Positions 24,187 to 37,478 of a stretch of 64,000 bases of DNA are shown here, piece after piece. The notes under the pieces are model-generated. The model had not been told where the DNA came from, did no database searches, and worked only from the letters and a program-made list of their open reading frames with translations. The stretch comes from Malacoraja senta. Taxonomy: Eukaryota. The stretch is taken from contig CM075989.1 of assembly GCA_038087875.1 (NCBI GenBank), positions 1,550,001-1,614,000 of the forward strand. The letters run 5' to 3'. Each line of letters starts with the position of its first letter. Position 1 is the stretch's first letter. The position numbers and the translations under genes were made by a program.

Positions 24187-24632
24187 GTGGAGGCCAATTC
24201 TCTGGACGCTTTCAAGAGAGAGTTAGATGGAGCTCTTAAAGATAGCGGAGTCAAGGGATATGGGGAGAAGGCAGGAACGGGGTACTGATTGTGGATGATC
24301 AGCCATGATCACAGTGAATGGCGGTGCTGGCTCGAAGGGCTGAATGGCCTACTCCTGCACCTATTGTCTTTTGTCTATTGACCAGCGATCCCCGCACATT
24401 AACACTATCCTACACACACTAGGGACAAGTTACATTTATACCAAGCCAAATAACCTACAAACCTGTACGTCTTTAGAGTGTGGGAGGAAACGGAAGATCT
24501 CGGAGAAAACCCACGCGGACACGGGGAGAGCGTACAAACTCCATACAGACAGCACCCGTAGCCAGGATGTAACCTGGGTCTCTGGCGCTGTGAGGGAGCA
24601 ACTGTGATGGCTGCGCCACCGCGCCGCCCAAC
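24187..24632. mobile_element. CR1 3' tail (+, to ~24380) abutting a V-SINE (-)
   Basis: VEANSLDAFKRELD..TGY, then reverse V-SINE. Confidence 0.8.
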
Positions 24633-25289
24633 AAGCGAGGAAAAAAATGATATATGTGTTTAAAGCTGCACTTTATAAAAGAAAGAAAATACCAGGGGAG
24701 GCAGGGACTGCCACAGTATGGACGAGTTGTTATGCAGAGCAATAAGGAGAGGATAACAAAGAGATTTTCCATTGTGTTATAACCATAGGCATCACACAGT
24801 GTAAAGGGCAGTACAGACGATGTCAGGAGTGAATCATTACCAGAAGCAGAGATATATAGGATGGTGTGATCAAATCATTTGTTCTGTCATTTATGGCTCG
24901 AGTTTATTTCTAGTGTAAGTGAGATTGATTTTCTCAGGAAAGAATGCTGGCTCCATAATCATATCAGCACTGTGTGTATTGGTGAAATTCATCACTGGAA
25001 TTACCTGCGGCTGTAAAGGGGGCGATAAACCACTTGGTAATAGAGGGAAAAAGTTTTAAAGGTATGAATAGTTGTTTTTATTGTTTGCATACTGTTGACT
25101 TGAAACCACCAGCTGTTCCTGTGTACAAGGATAGGGGGGTCAGACTGAGCCACTCGAGATGCTGGAGTATGTCAGAGGCTGGCGATCCTCTGGTGAGTAA
25201 CGGCCCCGCACCCCTTCACTCTCCAAGGCCAGTCCACCACCAACAAGTCTCAAGTCAGCAGTGCCATCGAAAACTCTCCACCTTAGCTT

Positions 25290-25620
25290 AGTTTTATTTA
25301 TGAGATACAGCAAGAAAACAGGCCCTTCGGCCCACTAAGTCCATGTCCACCATCGGTCACACGCTTTACACTAATTCTACCTTATCCCATTTTCACACCC
25401 ACTCCCTGCACATGAGGGGCAAATTTCCAGAGGCCAATCAACCTGCAAACCTACACATAATTTTGGGATGTGGGAGAAAACCCGAGCACTCGGAGAAAGC
25501 CCGCACGGTCACAGTGAGATCGTGCAAACTCCACACAGACAGCACCTGTGGCCAGGATCGAACCTGGGTCTCTGGCGCTGTGGGGCAACAACTCTACCAG
25601 CTGTGCCACTGGGCTGCCCA
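25290..25620 (-). mobile_element. V-SINE
   Basis: tRNA head and V core. Confidence 0.8.
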
Positions 25621-25954
25621 CCTGATAGGCTAGAGTAGTTTCAACAACACTCCAGAAGTTTAACACCATCCAGATCAGATAGGCTCTCCCATCCACAACT
25701 GTTCTCACCCTCCACCACTGATGTCGAGTCAATGCAGTTTTATACTGTCAGCAGGATGCATTACAACAACCCACCAGGAGTCCTCAAACAGTAGCTTCCA
25801 AACTCAATTCCTCTACTCGCTGGAAGGCAGTGAAGCATGGAGACTTCATCCGCTGGAAGTTACCCTCACTGCCGCATTGCCCCGTCACTTGGAAATACAT
25901 TGCCATCCTTTCTCTTTTGCTGAAACTAACTTCATAGAACATGGGAACATGAGT

Positions 25955-26272
25955 GGGCAGCCATGGTGGCGCAGTGGTAAAGTTGCTGGCTTACAGCACT
26001 TGCAGTGCCGGAGACCCGGGTTCGATCCTGACTACAGGTGCTGCCTCTACGGAGTTTTCCGTTCTCCACGTGACCACGTGGGTTTTCTTCGAGATCTTCG
26101 GTTTCCTCCCACACTCCAAAGATGCACAGGTATGTAGGTTAAGTGGCTTGGTGTATGTGTAAATTGTTCCTAGTGTGTGTAGGATAGTGTTGGTGTGCGG
26201 GGATCGTTCGGTCGGTGCGGACTCGGTGGGGCCGCTGGGCCTGTTTCCGCGTTGTAACTGTAAACTAAACAA
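25955..26272 (+). mobile_element. V-SINE, full length
   Basis: GGTGGCGCAGTGG A-box, GGTTCGATCC B-box, V core, CTAAA tail. Confidence 0.85.
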
Positions 26273-26769
26273 AACATGTAACACAGAAGATTACAGCACA
26301 GAAATGGCCCCTTCTGCCCACAATGTCTGTGCCCAACACAACAGCAAGTCAAACTAATCTCCTCTGCCTGCACATGATCCACATCCCACGATTAGTGGCA
26401 TGTCCTTGAGCTTATCTAAACGCCTGCTAAACACCACTATCATATCTGCCTCCACCATTAATCCTGGCAGAGTGTAACAGGAACCAACCACTCTCTGTGT
26501 AAAAATTGGCATTGTCCAATGGAGAAAATATCATCAGACATGGAAGACTGGAAGTTGGCTAATATTGTGTCTCAATTTAAGAAGGGCTGCAAGGAAAAGC
26601 TTGGGAACTAAAGATCAGCGAGTTTAGCGTCTGTGGTGGGCAAGTTGCTGGGGATTATTCTGAGTGATAGGGATTTAGGGATGCATATGGGTAGACAGGG
26701 GCTGATTAGAGATAGCATGGTTTTGTACATGAGAGATGGTGTCTTATGAATCTGACTGATCTTTTGGAA

Positions 26770-27795
26770 GATAGACAAAAATGCTGGAGAAACAGCGGGT
26801 GAGGCAGCATCTATGGAGCGAAGGAAATAGGCAAGGTTTCGGGTCGAGACCCTTCTTCAGACTGATGTGAGAGTGGGGGGGGGCGGGAAGAAAAAAGGAA
26901 CAGGTGGAGACAGTGGGCTGAGGGAGAGCTGAGAAGGGGAGGAGAAAGCAGGGACTACCTGTATTTAGAGAAGTCAATGTTCATACCACTTGGGTGTAAA
27001 CTGCCCAAGCGAAATATGAGGTGCTGCTCACACTGGCCATGGAGGAGGCCCAGGACAGAAAGGTCGGATTCAGAATGGGAGGGGGAGTTGAAGTGCTGAG
27101 CCACCGGGAGATCAGGTTGGTTAATGCGAACCGAGCGGAAGTGTTGGGCGATGCGATCGCCAAGCCTGTGCTTGGTCTCACCGATGTAGAGCAGCTGACA
27201 CCTAGACAAGCGGATGCAATAGATGAGGTTGGAGGAGGTGCAGGTGAACCTCTGCTGCACCTGGAAAGACTGCTTAGGTCCTTGAATGGAGTCAAGGGGG
27301 GAGGTAAAGCGACAAATGTAACATTTCCTGCGGTTGCAAGAGAAAGTGCCCGGAGAGGGGGTGATTTGGGTGGGAAGGGACGAATTGACCAGGGAGTTAC
27401 AGAGGGAGCGGTCTCTGCGGAAAGCAGACAGGGGAGGATATGGGAAGATGTGGCCAGTGGTGGCATCCCGTTGGAGGTGGCGAAAATGTCAGAGGATTAT
27501 TTGTAGTATGTGATGGCTGGTAGGGTGGAAGGTGAGGACAAGGGGGACTCTGCCCTTGTTGCGAGTGGGGGGGATGGGGAGTGAGAGCAGAGTTACGGGG
27601 TATAGAAGAGACCCTGGTGAGAGCCTCATCTATAGTAGAAGAGGGGCACCCCCGTTCCCTGAAGATTGAGGATCTCTCCAATGCCCGTCTGTGGAACACC
27701 TCATCCTGGGTGCAGATGCGGCATAGACGGAGGAATTGGGAGTAGGGGTTGGAGTCCTTACAGGAAGCAGGGTGGGAAGAAGTGTACTTCAGATG
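26770..27795 (-). mobile_element. Penelope-like element 3' part (RT C-terminus, GIY-YIG endonuclease, pLTR)
   Basis: HPASCKDSNPYSQFLRLCRIC; FTCTSSNLIYCI..YIGET..R..QH..VAQHFN. Confidence 0.9.
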
Positions 27796-28458
27796 TACTT
27801 TTTTGGAAGAAGTAACCAAAAATATTGGCAAGGGCAATTAGTTTAATTCAGTCTGAGGAAGGGTCTCGCCCTGAAACGTCACCTATTCCTTCGCTCCATA
27901 GAAGCTGCCTCACCCGCTGAGTTTCTCCAGCAGTTTTGTCTACCTTCTATTAGTTTCATTCAGATAAGTGAGAGGTTTTGCAGAAATTGGCCAGGGCAAA
28001 AGCTTCACAGTGAATGGTGGGGCTCTGGGGAGTGTTGCAGAGCAGAGGGATCTGGGAGTACTGGAACGTCTATCTATATTACTAAAAACCTGATCTTGAC
28101 CACTTCCTGTTGATTTTGATTTTAGAAAACACGCTGCCACTTACGGCTGTAATTTTTGGCCATCTTACTCAGAGCCCCCCTCCGCTGCGCAGGACAAGAG
28201 GATTTTTCCCTTCGATGAAAAACAAAAGAGTTATTAGTGTTTTAAAAATGTTGAGATTCTCGCTCCTGAAGGCCACGCCCCTTCCGGAGGGACTATAAAA
28301 CCCGGAAGTGTTGAATGCCTCAGTCAGTCTCTGCAAGATGGTGGAGTGAGAGGGTCACGTCTCTCAGTCTGAGCTATGAATAACATTGAACACATGTCTA
28401 CTAAACTGTGAGTGGTTTTACTGACCTGTCAGTGCCCTTAATGTGGTTTGAAAATATA

Positions 28459-28680
28459 GTTTGGAAATGCTAAAGCTGTGTTGCCTTTGGTTTGGAAATG
28501 CTAAAGCTGTGTTGCCTTTGGTTTGGAAATGCTAAAGCTGTGTTGCCTAATTAAAGTTGCCTTGCCTAATTAAAGTTGCCTTGCCTAATTAAAGTTGCCT
28601 TGCCTAATTTAAGTTGTCTTGCCTAATTAAAGTTGCCTTGCCTAATTAAAGTTGCCTTGCCTAATTAAAGTTGCCTTGCT
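28459..28680. repeat. Minisatellites in Helitron (~31-bp x3, then 19-bp CCTAATTAAAGTTGCCTTG x7)
   Basis: Directly visible tandem arrays. Confidence 0.9.
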
Positions 28681-29445
28681 GAACCACTAGGGGCGCCGGG
28701 GATATGGCAGCCCTGCCGGCAGCCTGTTCGTTTTTTTCATCTTTTTGTTATTTTTAGCATTTGTTAAAAGTTTGTTTTAATGTACTTCGGTTTGTTTTAT
28801 GTGGGGGGAGGGGGGTGGGGTTCGGGGGAAACTTTTTTTTCAAGCTCCTACCTTCCCGGAGATGTGATCTATTTTCGGATCACATTCTCCGGGCCCTGCG
28901 GCCTACCATCGCTGGAGCTGGAGGCCTCCTCGGATGGTCGTGAGCCACACCGCGGGGCGTGGACTTAACATCGGAGCAGATCCCTTGCCTGGGATCACTC
29001 CCACCGCGGCCTGCGGACTTACCATCAAGGGCTCGCAGTCTCGGGAGAGGCTCGTCGGGAGCTCCAACGCCGCCGAAGGTTCGACCAGGCCCGAAGCGAG
29101 GTTCGATCACCCGGCGCGGGGGAGCTGACAACCCCCCCGATGCGGGAGCTGAACGACTCAACACGGAGGGCCCGAATGCCGCCGGCTGCGGGAGTGAAGA
29201 CTGTCCCGTCAACGGAGGGCTCGAGGCCCCCGACCGAGGAAGAACAAAAGGAAAGACTTGAACTTTAATTTGCCTTCCATCACAGTGAGGAATGTGTAGG
29301 AGTCACTGTGGTGGATGTTCATGTTAAAATGTGTTTTTGAGTCTGTTGCTTTTAATTGTATGACTGACCTGGCCAGTGAAATTCCTCGTATGTTGCAAAA
29401 ACATACTTGCCGAATAAAATCTGATTCTGATTCTGATTCTGATTC
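28680..29445 (+). mobile_element. GC-rich non-autonomous retroelement inserted in the Helitron minisatellite
   Basis: AATAAA then (TCTGAT)n tail; 19-bp repeat resumes at ~29446. Confidence 0.75.
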
Positions 29446-30490
29446 TTGCCTAATTAAAGTTGCCTTGTCTTCTATGCCGGCTGTGATTTTTGGCTCATCA
29501 GGTGCCGAGGATTTTTCCCATCGATGAAAAATAAAAGAGTTATTAGTGTTCAAAAAATGTTGAGATTCTCTCTCCTGTCAATCATGCCATGAAAGCCACG
29601 CCCCTTCTTGTGGGAAGGGGGAGGGGCTATAAAACCCAGAAGTGTGGGCGTGGCTCAGTATCTGCAAGATGGAGGAGGGAGAGGTCACGACTCGCTGCCT
29701 TTAGTGGCCTTGCACCCTGCTTGAAATGGTATGAAACTGCACTTGAATTTGGTGGCCTTGCACCCTGCTTGAAGTGGGAAGAAACTGCACTTGAATTTGG
29801 TGGCCTTGCACCCTGCTTGAAATGGAATTTCAAGGAATAGCCGTGAGTCAACTGCCAGCCCACCAGCCGTGAGTGAGTGAGCTGCCAGCATAACAGGCTT
29901 GAGTGACTGAGCCGCCAGCCCAAGAATCCATTCGGCCCACAAGGTCCATACTAGCCCTCTGGAAACCAGTCCCGTCAGCCCACAACACCCATATTAGCGC
30001 TCCAGAAAGCCCCCCCCCCCAACCCCCACTGGCCACCAATATTGGAATTGGTGAGAGGTGGAATATTGCGTTGGGGGACCAGCCCTCCCATGTGATGCTG
30101 GGATCCAACGGATCCCACTTAGTCTTGTAGTATCCTAAAAGTAGCATCACAGGTAGATAGGGTGGTTGAGAAGAGTTTTAGTGCATTGGCCTTCATCAGT
30201 CAGGGTATTGATTATCGATGCTTGGATCTTATGTTGCAGTTGTACAAGACTTTAGTTTTGGTCACCCTTCTATAGGAAACATTTGATTAAGCTGGAAAGA
30301 GTGCAGAGAAGATTTATGGGGATGTTGCCAGGACTCGAGGGCCGGCTTTAGGGTAAAATTGGGCTGTGTAAGACTTTATTCCTTGGAGCAAAGGAAGTTA
30401 AGAGGTGATCATATAGAGCTGTATTGTATTATGAAGGGAATACACAGAGTCTTAACCTAGGGTAAGGAATGAAGAACCAGAGGACATAGG

Positions 30491-33400
30491 TTTTACTTCG
30501 GAGTCACGTGAGTGACTACGTGAAGAGCCCGCCAATCCAGCTTGCGCTGCTTCTGCCAGCGGTAAGTGAAACCTACAGGTAAGTTTTTAACTTTCCAGGT
30601 TAGGTTTCTCTGCAGGAATCTCTTTTATAATAATTAATTTTATTTACTGGCGCCTTTCTAAAACCCAAGGACACCTTACAAGGCATAGAATCACAAAAAT
30701 ACAAAACACATAATCAGAATAAATTAAATTAAATATAAAAACACCACAGTACACAAATCAAGGACAGAATTCAATTTCAAAAGCACAAAAAGAAAATAAG
30801 AAACACAATTTGAGGAGAGAGCAGCGGCAGCCAAACCGCGCCAGCGTCCACTCTCCCCTCCGACCGCCATCTTGCACACAGACTAACAGGCACAGCACAC
30901 AAAAATCATCCCCCCACAATGACCACCACTGTGGGGGAAGGCACAATGTCCAGTCCCCAACCCAGTTCTCCCCAGAGTCAGGCCCAATGTGGCCTCCACA
31001 GTTGCCTCTATGGAGGCCCGATGTTCCTGGCCGTCAGGAGAGTCCTCGGAGCGGCTGGAACGGCCGGTTTCCCAGCAGAGTCGATGGCACCTGAAGCCGA
31101 GAGGGCCGCGCCGATTTGGAGTCCACGAGGCTCCTGATGTTGGAGTCGGCGCCGCCGCCCGCGGCTGGTCGCTCCGCAGTCCCGCAGCCCGGAGGTGTTG
31201 ATCTTGGCGGTCACCGCATACCGGAGCTCCAGCGTGTCGACCCAGCGCGGCGACCCAGGCAAGACATCGCCCGCTCCGCTCCACGATAGCGCCCCAGCGC
31301 TGTGCCGCCGACCGAAGCTGAAGGTGCTGGGCGGTCCCCGTCAGGAAACGGCGCTCCATGCCCGCTGGTAGGCCACGAGGATGGGTCGACGAGGCAGCCT
31401 GGAGAAAAAGCTGCCTCACCGACCAGGTAGGGACATAGAAATAGTTTCCCCCTTACCCCCCCACATTAAAAGTCAAAATCCCCCAAAGAAACAAAGAAAT
31501 AAAAAAAGCTAAAACTAAAGAAAAAGTGAATTTGACGGACGGCTGCTCCAAGATGGCGGCTCCTCCTGAGTTTTATAGAGTTCCTGCTGGATTTCGGGGC
31601 AAAGGTGAAGGGCCGCGGGGAAACCTTTATGGACCGCGTCCCAGTCACGGACCGTGGGGAATCCCGGTCACGACCTAGGGGAAGCCCGACCACAGATTCG
31701 CGGGAAAGCTGGCCACAGACCGCGGGGAAATCCCGGCCACAGACTGCAGGGAAATCCCGGCCACAGACCGTGGGGGAATCCCGGCCAGAGACCGCGGAAG
31801 TGCGGGTAGTGGCGGCGGTCAATTTCGCCTTCCGAGTCGCTGGCGGTGGAGCCAGCGGCTTCAGATTGGTGCCGGCAGCACCTTGGCAAACCCGCTTGGA
31901 GGGTAGCCACAAAGAAAGACTGTACGGCCCGTTGACCCAAATAAGTCGGGTCAAGAAGATTCCTAATGGAGAGGATTCCCTCCTTCAGTGGGTAACGTTC
32001 TTCGGAGGTCAAACCAACATGGAGCACCTGATGGAGAGGTGCTCCACAATAGTATGCTCCAAGGAGGGAGTTATATCACCGCGGGTCTCTGTGGGTCCGC
32101 GGCAACAGCACCTGTGTACAGGGCTACAACACTGTCTCCCTCTGAGAGGAGGGGAGCAGTCGGGTCGGTTCTGTTTGACTTGGAGTTCGAAGATATAGCC
32201 GGGTGCATACCATGAGGCACCAAGGATATGGTCCGTGGAGGGGCCATATCAGTGCAGGTCTCTTCAGGGCCTGCGACAACAGCACCTGTGTACAGGGCTG
32301 CAACACTGTCTCCCTCTCTGAGCAGGGGAGCAGTCGGGGTCAGTGTCTAACTGACTCCAAAATTCGGTGTATATCCGTGGCACATACTGGAGTTCCTGAA
32401 AGTGCCGGCAGTGAACAGCGCTATCAGGGGTGACGTTGGAGAGGCATGGACCCAGGGAACCAGCCGCCGAATCTTCTCTTCAGGTAAACCTATTCAGCAG
32501 GTGAGACCTGCATGAGGGAGTTAAAGCTGTCGAACTACGAGTACAGCCTCATCGTTTCGGCAACAACACACCCCACACCTCCATCGGCAGTAGCGGTTCA
32601 CTGAAGCCGGTGGCAGCCGACAAAGTGAACTGTTTTGTCAGGCAGTCTCAGGAAAAATATGGAATCCATGTACCCTCAATCAGGACAAAAATAGAACCCG
32701 CATCAGGGGCCTTTGGGCTTACCATAAGACCACCGGTAACCATGAAGGTAGGTAGGTCAGGTTTTTTCTGAAATATGAGGTATATGGACCATTTACAAGT
32801 TTGTAATACTTATTGTTTGTACAAATGACAAAGTGAACTGTTTTGGCATCCATCCAGTTAAATTTAAGTTGATACCAACTAGAGTTATTGATTATTGTGA
32901 TTTACCTTTAACTCTATTAATTTGCTGTGACTCCGCCCTGGCGGCAAGAGATGGGAATCAATTAAAGCCTGTAACTTTTACTCAGTAACTCTTTAGTTGT
33001 ATTACAAAGTAATGCTAGTACTCAAAGATGAAATTACGAATACCATCTATTTACGGAGGCAGATGGGCTTTGCATGGGTTACCTATTTTCGGTTATATGG
33101 TATCAACTATCTATAAGACACTGAGTGTATCATCACGTAAAATCCATGACAACATGTGCTTCGATGGAACACCGAATATCAATATGATTTGCATCCAGGC
33201 TCCATCACCATTGCAAAAATATGTGGCACAGTGGAAATAGGTGTATTCTCGAAAATCCAGCAAGATCTCGCCTCAGGCATTCGTACTGCCTGACTGGCTT
33301 ATGCGGCCATGGTTCCCGCTAAATGTTAGGAATGATAATAGGACCTTATATGGTTATCCTAAACACAAAAGGTTTGGTAGTTCACCCTGTGACTCGGGAA

Positions 33401-34800
33401 ACCATCCTATTCATGATAAAATCAATTTATAGACTTGCAGACTCTGAGAAGACCATTCTGCGGCTCGGGTTGCCAGACCGATCTATGTACATGCTCACTG
33501 CAGAGTGCAGGGATAGCACTGAGAAAGCAGCACATTTTTCCTCATCAGCAGATGGGAAGTGTTTGTTTCAATGCTAACGTTACATATAATACGGCATGGA
33601 TAGCTAACGTCTCGGAGTTCATTAACTCGATTTTCAGACAATCGATTAAATGATAGTACAATTACTGTGCCAACGTGCTTCCTCACAATAGTTGCTGCAG
33701 CATTCGGGACCCACTCTGTTGGGTCTCACCCTCTGATATCCAGAATTATAAGGATTTTTTTTGACGCAAATTCGCCCAGGTACTTGGAGATATGGGATGT
33801 TAGCTTTGTTCTTAAACTGCTTCAACAGTAGGGCCCAGCTACATCTTTATCCCTGGTCAACTCACTTACAAAGTAGTTAGCGCAGACTAGGGGCGTTAGG
33901 TTCCAAACAATTTCTCATGGCATACCCCATGGACCTTTGGTTGTGTGTGGTCACACATTGACAATAATACATCAAGGTCACCTGGAGCCTTAGAGGCTCT
34001 GCACTAGCAATGATTGTTAGTTACTAAAAACCTCATTAAAAAAATATCAATCCAGACTATCTCCAGGTGGTCAAAACAGGTTTTGGCTTATGCAGGAGTA
34101 GATACTAATATTTTCAAATCTCACTCCACTAGGGCTGCAACAACATCAGCAGCAGGGTTATGGACATTCCGCTGGACCACATCCTAGCGGCTGCAGGATG
34201 GTCAAACGAACGATCTTCCAAACATTTATAACAAACCCATTGCCAGACCAGGGGTATTGCCAACTCTATTTTAGGTTCTGTTTTATAGTTTCCTCCCAGA
34301 TGAGAAGAGTTACTATTGTTATTATTTGTTCATCAAAAAGCATCAACATGTCTATATCTATGTCATGTCTGAATGCATTATTAATGTTCACTCATCCTTG
34401 GTCAACCGACGCAGTGTGTGACGCCTGGACTCGTTTCCACGGCATGAAATCACAGAGCTTTAAAATCTTCACGTAGTCACTCACGTGACTCCGAAGTAAA
34501 ATAGTAAGATTAAATGAGAACTTACCAGTTTGAAGTTTGATCTTTATTTTATGAGGGGTTATGATGAGGGATTACGTGCCCTCCAATCCCAACCCTCTCT
34601 CATAAAGGTTAGCTGGTATTTCTATTTTCTCGAATCTTACTATTTTCACTTCAACAACTGTTATCTGTGATTTCACACCGCTGCTTTGAAGATTGACGCG
34701 CAAGCTGGACTGGCGGGCTCTTCACGTAATCCCTCATCGCAACTACTCATAAAATAAAGATCAAACTTCAAACTGGTAAGGTCTTGTTTAATCTTACTAT
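30491..34800 (+). mobile_element. DIRS1-type retrotransposon copy 3, both termini present, internally deleted and degenerate
   Basis: Left TTTTACTTCGGAGTCACGTG; ICR ~34466-34578; right ITR ~34693-34800; YR remnant 33441-34285 with SHSTR and AAGW. Confidence 0.93.
30630..31570 (-). mobile_element. GC-rich non-autonomous retroelement with L2-like tail, inserted in DIRS copy 3
   Basis: TSD TTTTATA at 30623-29 and 31571-77; tail TGTAAGGTGTCCTTGGG..AAAGGCGCC..AATAAA. Confidence 0.7.
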
Positions 34801-34924
34801 TTAACGTGAGAGGGGATGCATTTAATAGGAACCTGAGGGGCAACCTTTTCACACAAAGTGTGGTGGGTATATGGAACGAAATGCCAGAGGAGGTAGTTGA
34901 GACGGGTCCTATAACAACATTTTT

Positions 34925-35713
34925 TATAACAACCAGATTACTATCTAAATGGCGTCAAGTTGGGAAAAGGGGAAGTACAACGGGATCTGGGGGTCCTTGT
35001 ACATTGGTCTATGAAAGTAAGCATGCAGGTACGGCAAGCAGTGAAGAAAGCAAATGGCATGTTGACCTTTATAATAAGAGGAATCGAATATAGGAGCAAA
35101 GAGGTCCTTCTGCAGTTGTACAGAACCCTAGTGAAACCACACCTAGAGTATTGTGTGCAGTTTTGGTCCCCTAATTTGAGGAAGAACATTCTTGCTATTG
35201 AGGGAGTGCAGTGTAGGTTTACAAGGTTAATTCCCGGGATGGCGGGACTGTCATATGCTGAGAGAATGGAGCAGCTGGGCTTGTACACTTTGGAGTTTAG
35301 AAGGATGAGAGGATATCTCATTGAAACGTATAAGTTTGTTAAGGGCTTGGACACGCTAGAGGCAGGAAACATGTTCCCGATGTTGGGGGACTCCAGAACC
35401 AGGGGCCACAGTTTAAGAATAACGAGTAGGACATTTCGAACGGAGACGAGGAAACACTTTTTCTCACAGATAGTGGTGAGTCTGTGGAATTCTCTGCCTC
35501 AGAGGACGGTGGAGGCAGGTTCTCTGGATGCTTTCAAGAGAGAGCTAGATAGGGCTCTTAAAAATAGCTGAGTCAGGGGATATGGGGAGAAGGCAGGATC
35601 GGGGTACTGATTGGGGATGATCAGCCATGATCACATTGAATGGCGGTGCTGGCTCGAAGGGTCAAATGGCCTACTCCTGCACCTATTGTCTATTGTCTAT
35701 TGTCTATTGTCTA
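34925..35713 (+). mobile_element. CR1 3' fragment
   Basis: ORF 34960-35571; (CTATTGT)n tail. Confidence 0.92.
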
Positions 35714-35724
35714 TTTAAAATACA

Positions 35725-36753
35725 CTGGACAAAGTAGGACCCGTTGGGTCCCTGTCACACAGGAGGCTTGGTCTCCCAACGCAATATTCCACCACTCACC
35801 CATAGCCCTCAACTACACAGGTGCTGCTCATTTCCCCTCATCCCGAGCACTCTCTCCCCCTCCTCCACTCTCCCTCTTTTTTCCCCTCTCCTCCCCTCCC
35901 CAATCCCTCCCTCACCTCTCCCTTCCTCTCCTTTCCGCTACCGTCAGTCACTCCCTCCCTCCCTCCATAACTCCTCTCCCCTACCTACTCCCCTCCTCTC
36001 CCTCTATCCCCTCTCCTCACCTACTCTCCCTCCCTAGGATCTCGAGGTTGACGCTCCTCTCTCTTCTTGCGTGCCCTGGAGGAGCATCAGCCATCAGCGC
36101 CCTCAGAGCCAGGCCTCGTTTCGGCCCAGAAGCAGGAGCAGCTACGACCGCGCCAGCGTGTGGGCGGGAGAGGGGGGGGAGCGGGGAGCTCGGAGAAAAG
36201 ATAGGGGAAGAGCCATGGGGGAGAGGGGGGTATCACAGGGGAGGGGGCAGGAACCAGCGAGGGGGACCAGAGGGGAAAGGGGTGCAGCTGTGGGACGTTG
36301 CGATGGCAGTGCGTTTGGGACTCACAGCGAGCGCTGGATGCTATCCGCCGCTGGGATCAGACTCTCTGCTTTCCGTTTGTCGACATTGCCGCGCTGCTGG
36401 GATACTGGGCTGCTGGGGGTCCCTCCACTTTCCTCAGCTCCAGTAAAGACGTGATGGCGCAGGAAGGGGCGGACCGTCCAGGGGAGTGACAGGGGAAGAG
36501 ACTAATCCTCGCGGCGCTGGAAGGCAGGAGAAGAGATCGATCTGCACACGTGCGGTTTTTAAGATTTTTAAACCTCGCTAACTTTGACGACATTCAACCG
36601 ATCGGAACGAAACTTGGTGGACTCGCAGCACAGGAGAACGGTGAGTGAACCGTTTTTGCGCAAATAGAATGACCGCCAAACCAGAAGATAACAAGATCAG
36701 AGTTTTAGTTATGTATAATAAAGAAAAATAGAATAAATATATAGATGGTTAGA
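35725..36753 (-). mobile_element. Non-autonomous Helitron
   Basis: Minus 5' TC.., 3' hairpin GGGACCCAACGGGTCC then CCAG; inserted between host A35724 and T36754. Confidence 0.78.
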
Positions 36754-37198
36754 TTTGGACAGATACATGGATAGGACAGATTTGGAGGGATAAACGCAGG
36801 CAGGTGGGACTAGTGTGGAAGGGGCATATTGCTCGGCATGGGCAAGTTCTGCCAAAGGGCCTGTTTCCGTGCGGTATGAATATGTGATTCGATGACTCTA
36901 GGTCCATACCTGCCGAATTTAACTGGAACATCGAGAGACATCTGGGGCTGAGACTGTGCTGGCATCACATACAGTTGTGTGGGGATCACAATCCAGTTTG
37001 CAGGAAAGATGAATAGCAGGTGAGAGGCAAAATGTTCCAAAGCAATACCCGGGGAACACCTGGTGCGAACGTGTACAAGTCACCCCCATAAATTTCAAAC
37101 GTTTGTCCATGACTCTTTGCTATCCACAGACCACCCATAGAGAGAAGGGACTTCACAATTGCACAACTTAAGGCCATGATTGTTTCATTGTTCATGTA

Positions 37199-37478
37199 TT
37201 TAGTTTAGTTTAGTTTAGTTTAGTTTAGTTTAGAGATACAGCACGTAAACAGGCCCTTCGGCCAACCGAGTCTGTGCCGACCAATGATCCCCATACACTA
37301 ACACTATCCTACAAACTAGGGACAATTTACATTTATTCCAAGCCAATTAACCTACAAGTCTGTACGTCTTTAGAGGAAACCCATGCAGGTCATGTGGAGA
37401 ACGTACAAACTCCGTACAGACAAGCAGCCTTCGTCAGGATTGAAGGCAGTTGGTCTACCGCTGTGCCACCGTGCCGCC
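37199..37478 (-). mobile_element. V-SINE
   Basis: (CTAAA)n tail and V core. Confidence 0.8.

Larger units (their letters stand above)
28069..30127 (+). mobile_element. Non-autonomous Helitron
   Basis: 5' TCTATCTATATTACTAAAA; 3' hairpin TGGGATCCAACGGATCCCA then CTTG (degenerate CTAG); no TSD. Confidence 0.8.
26505..36900 (+). mobile_element. Old CR1 copy fragmented by multiple nested insertions
   Basis: Collinear CR1 ORF2 pieces at ~26505-26765, 27798-27840, 27950-28068, 30128-30490, 34800-34920, 35714-35724, 36754-36900. Confidence 0.7.

Noticed and set aside
28459..28680. CRISPR-like repeat array
   Set aside because: Tandem minisatellite with no spacers, in a eukaryotic Helitron
35640..36489. 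268-aa Pro/Ser/Gly-rich ORF
   Set aside because: Spans a CR1 tail and low-complexity Helitron sequence
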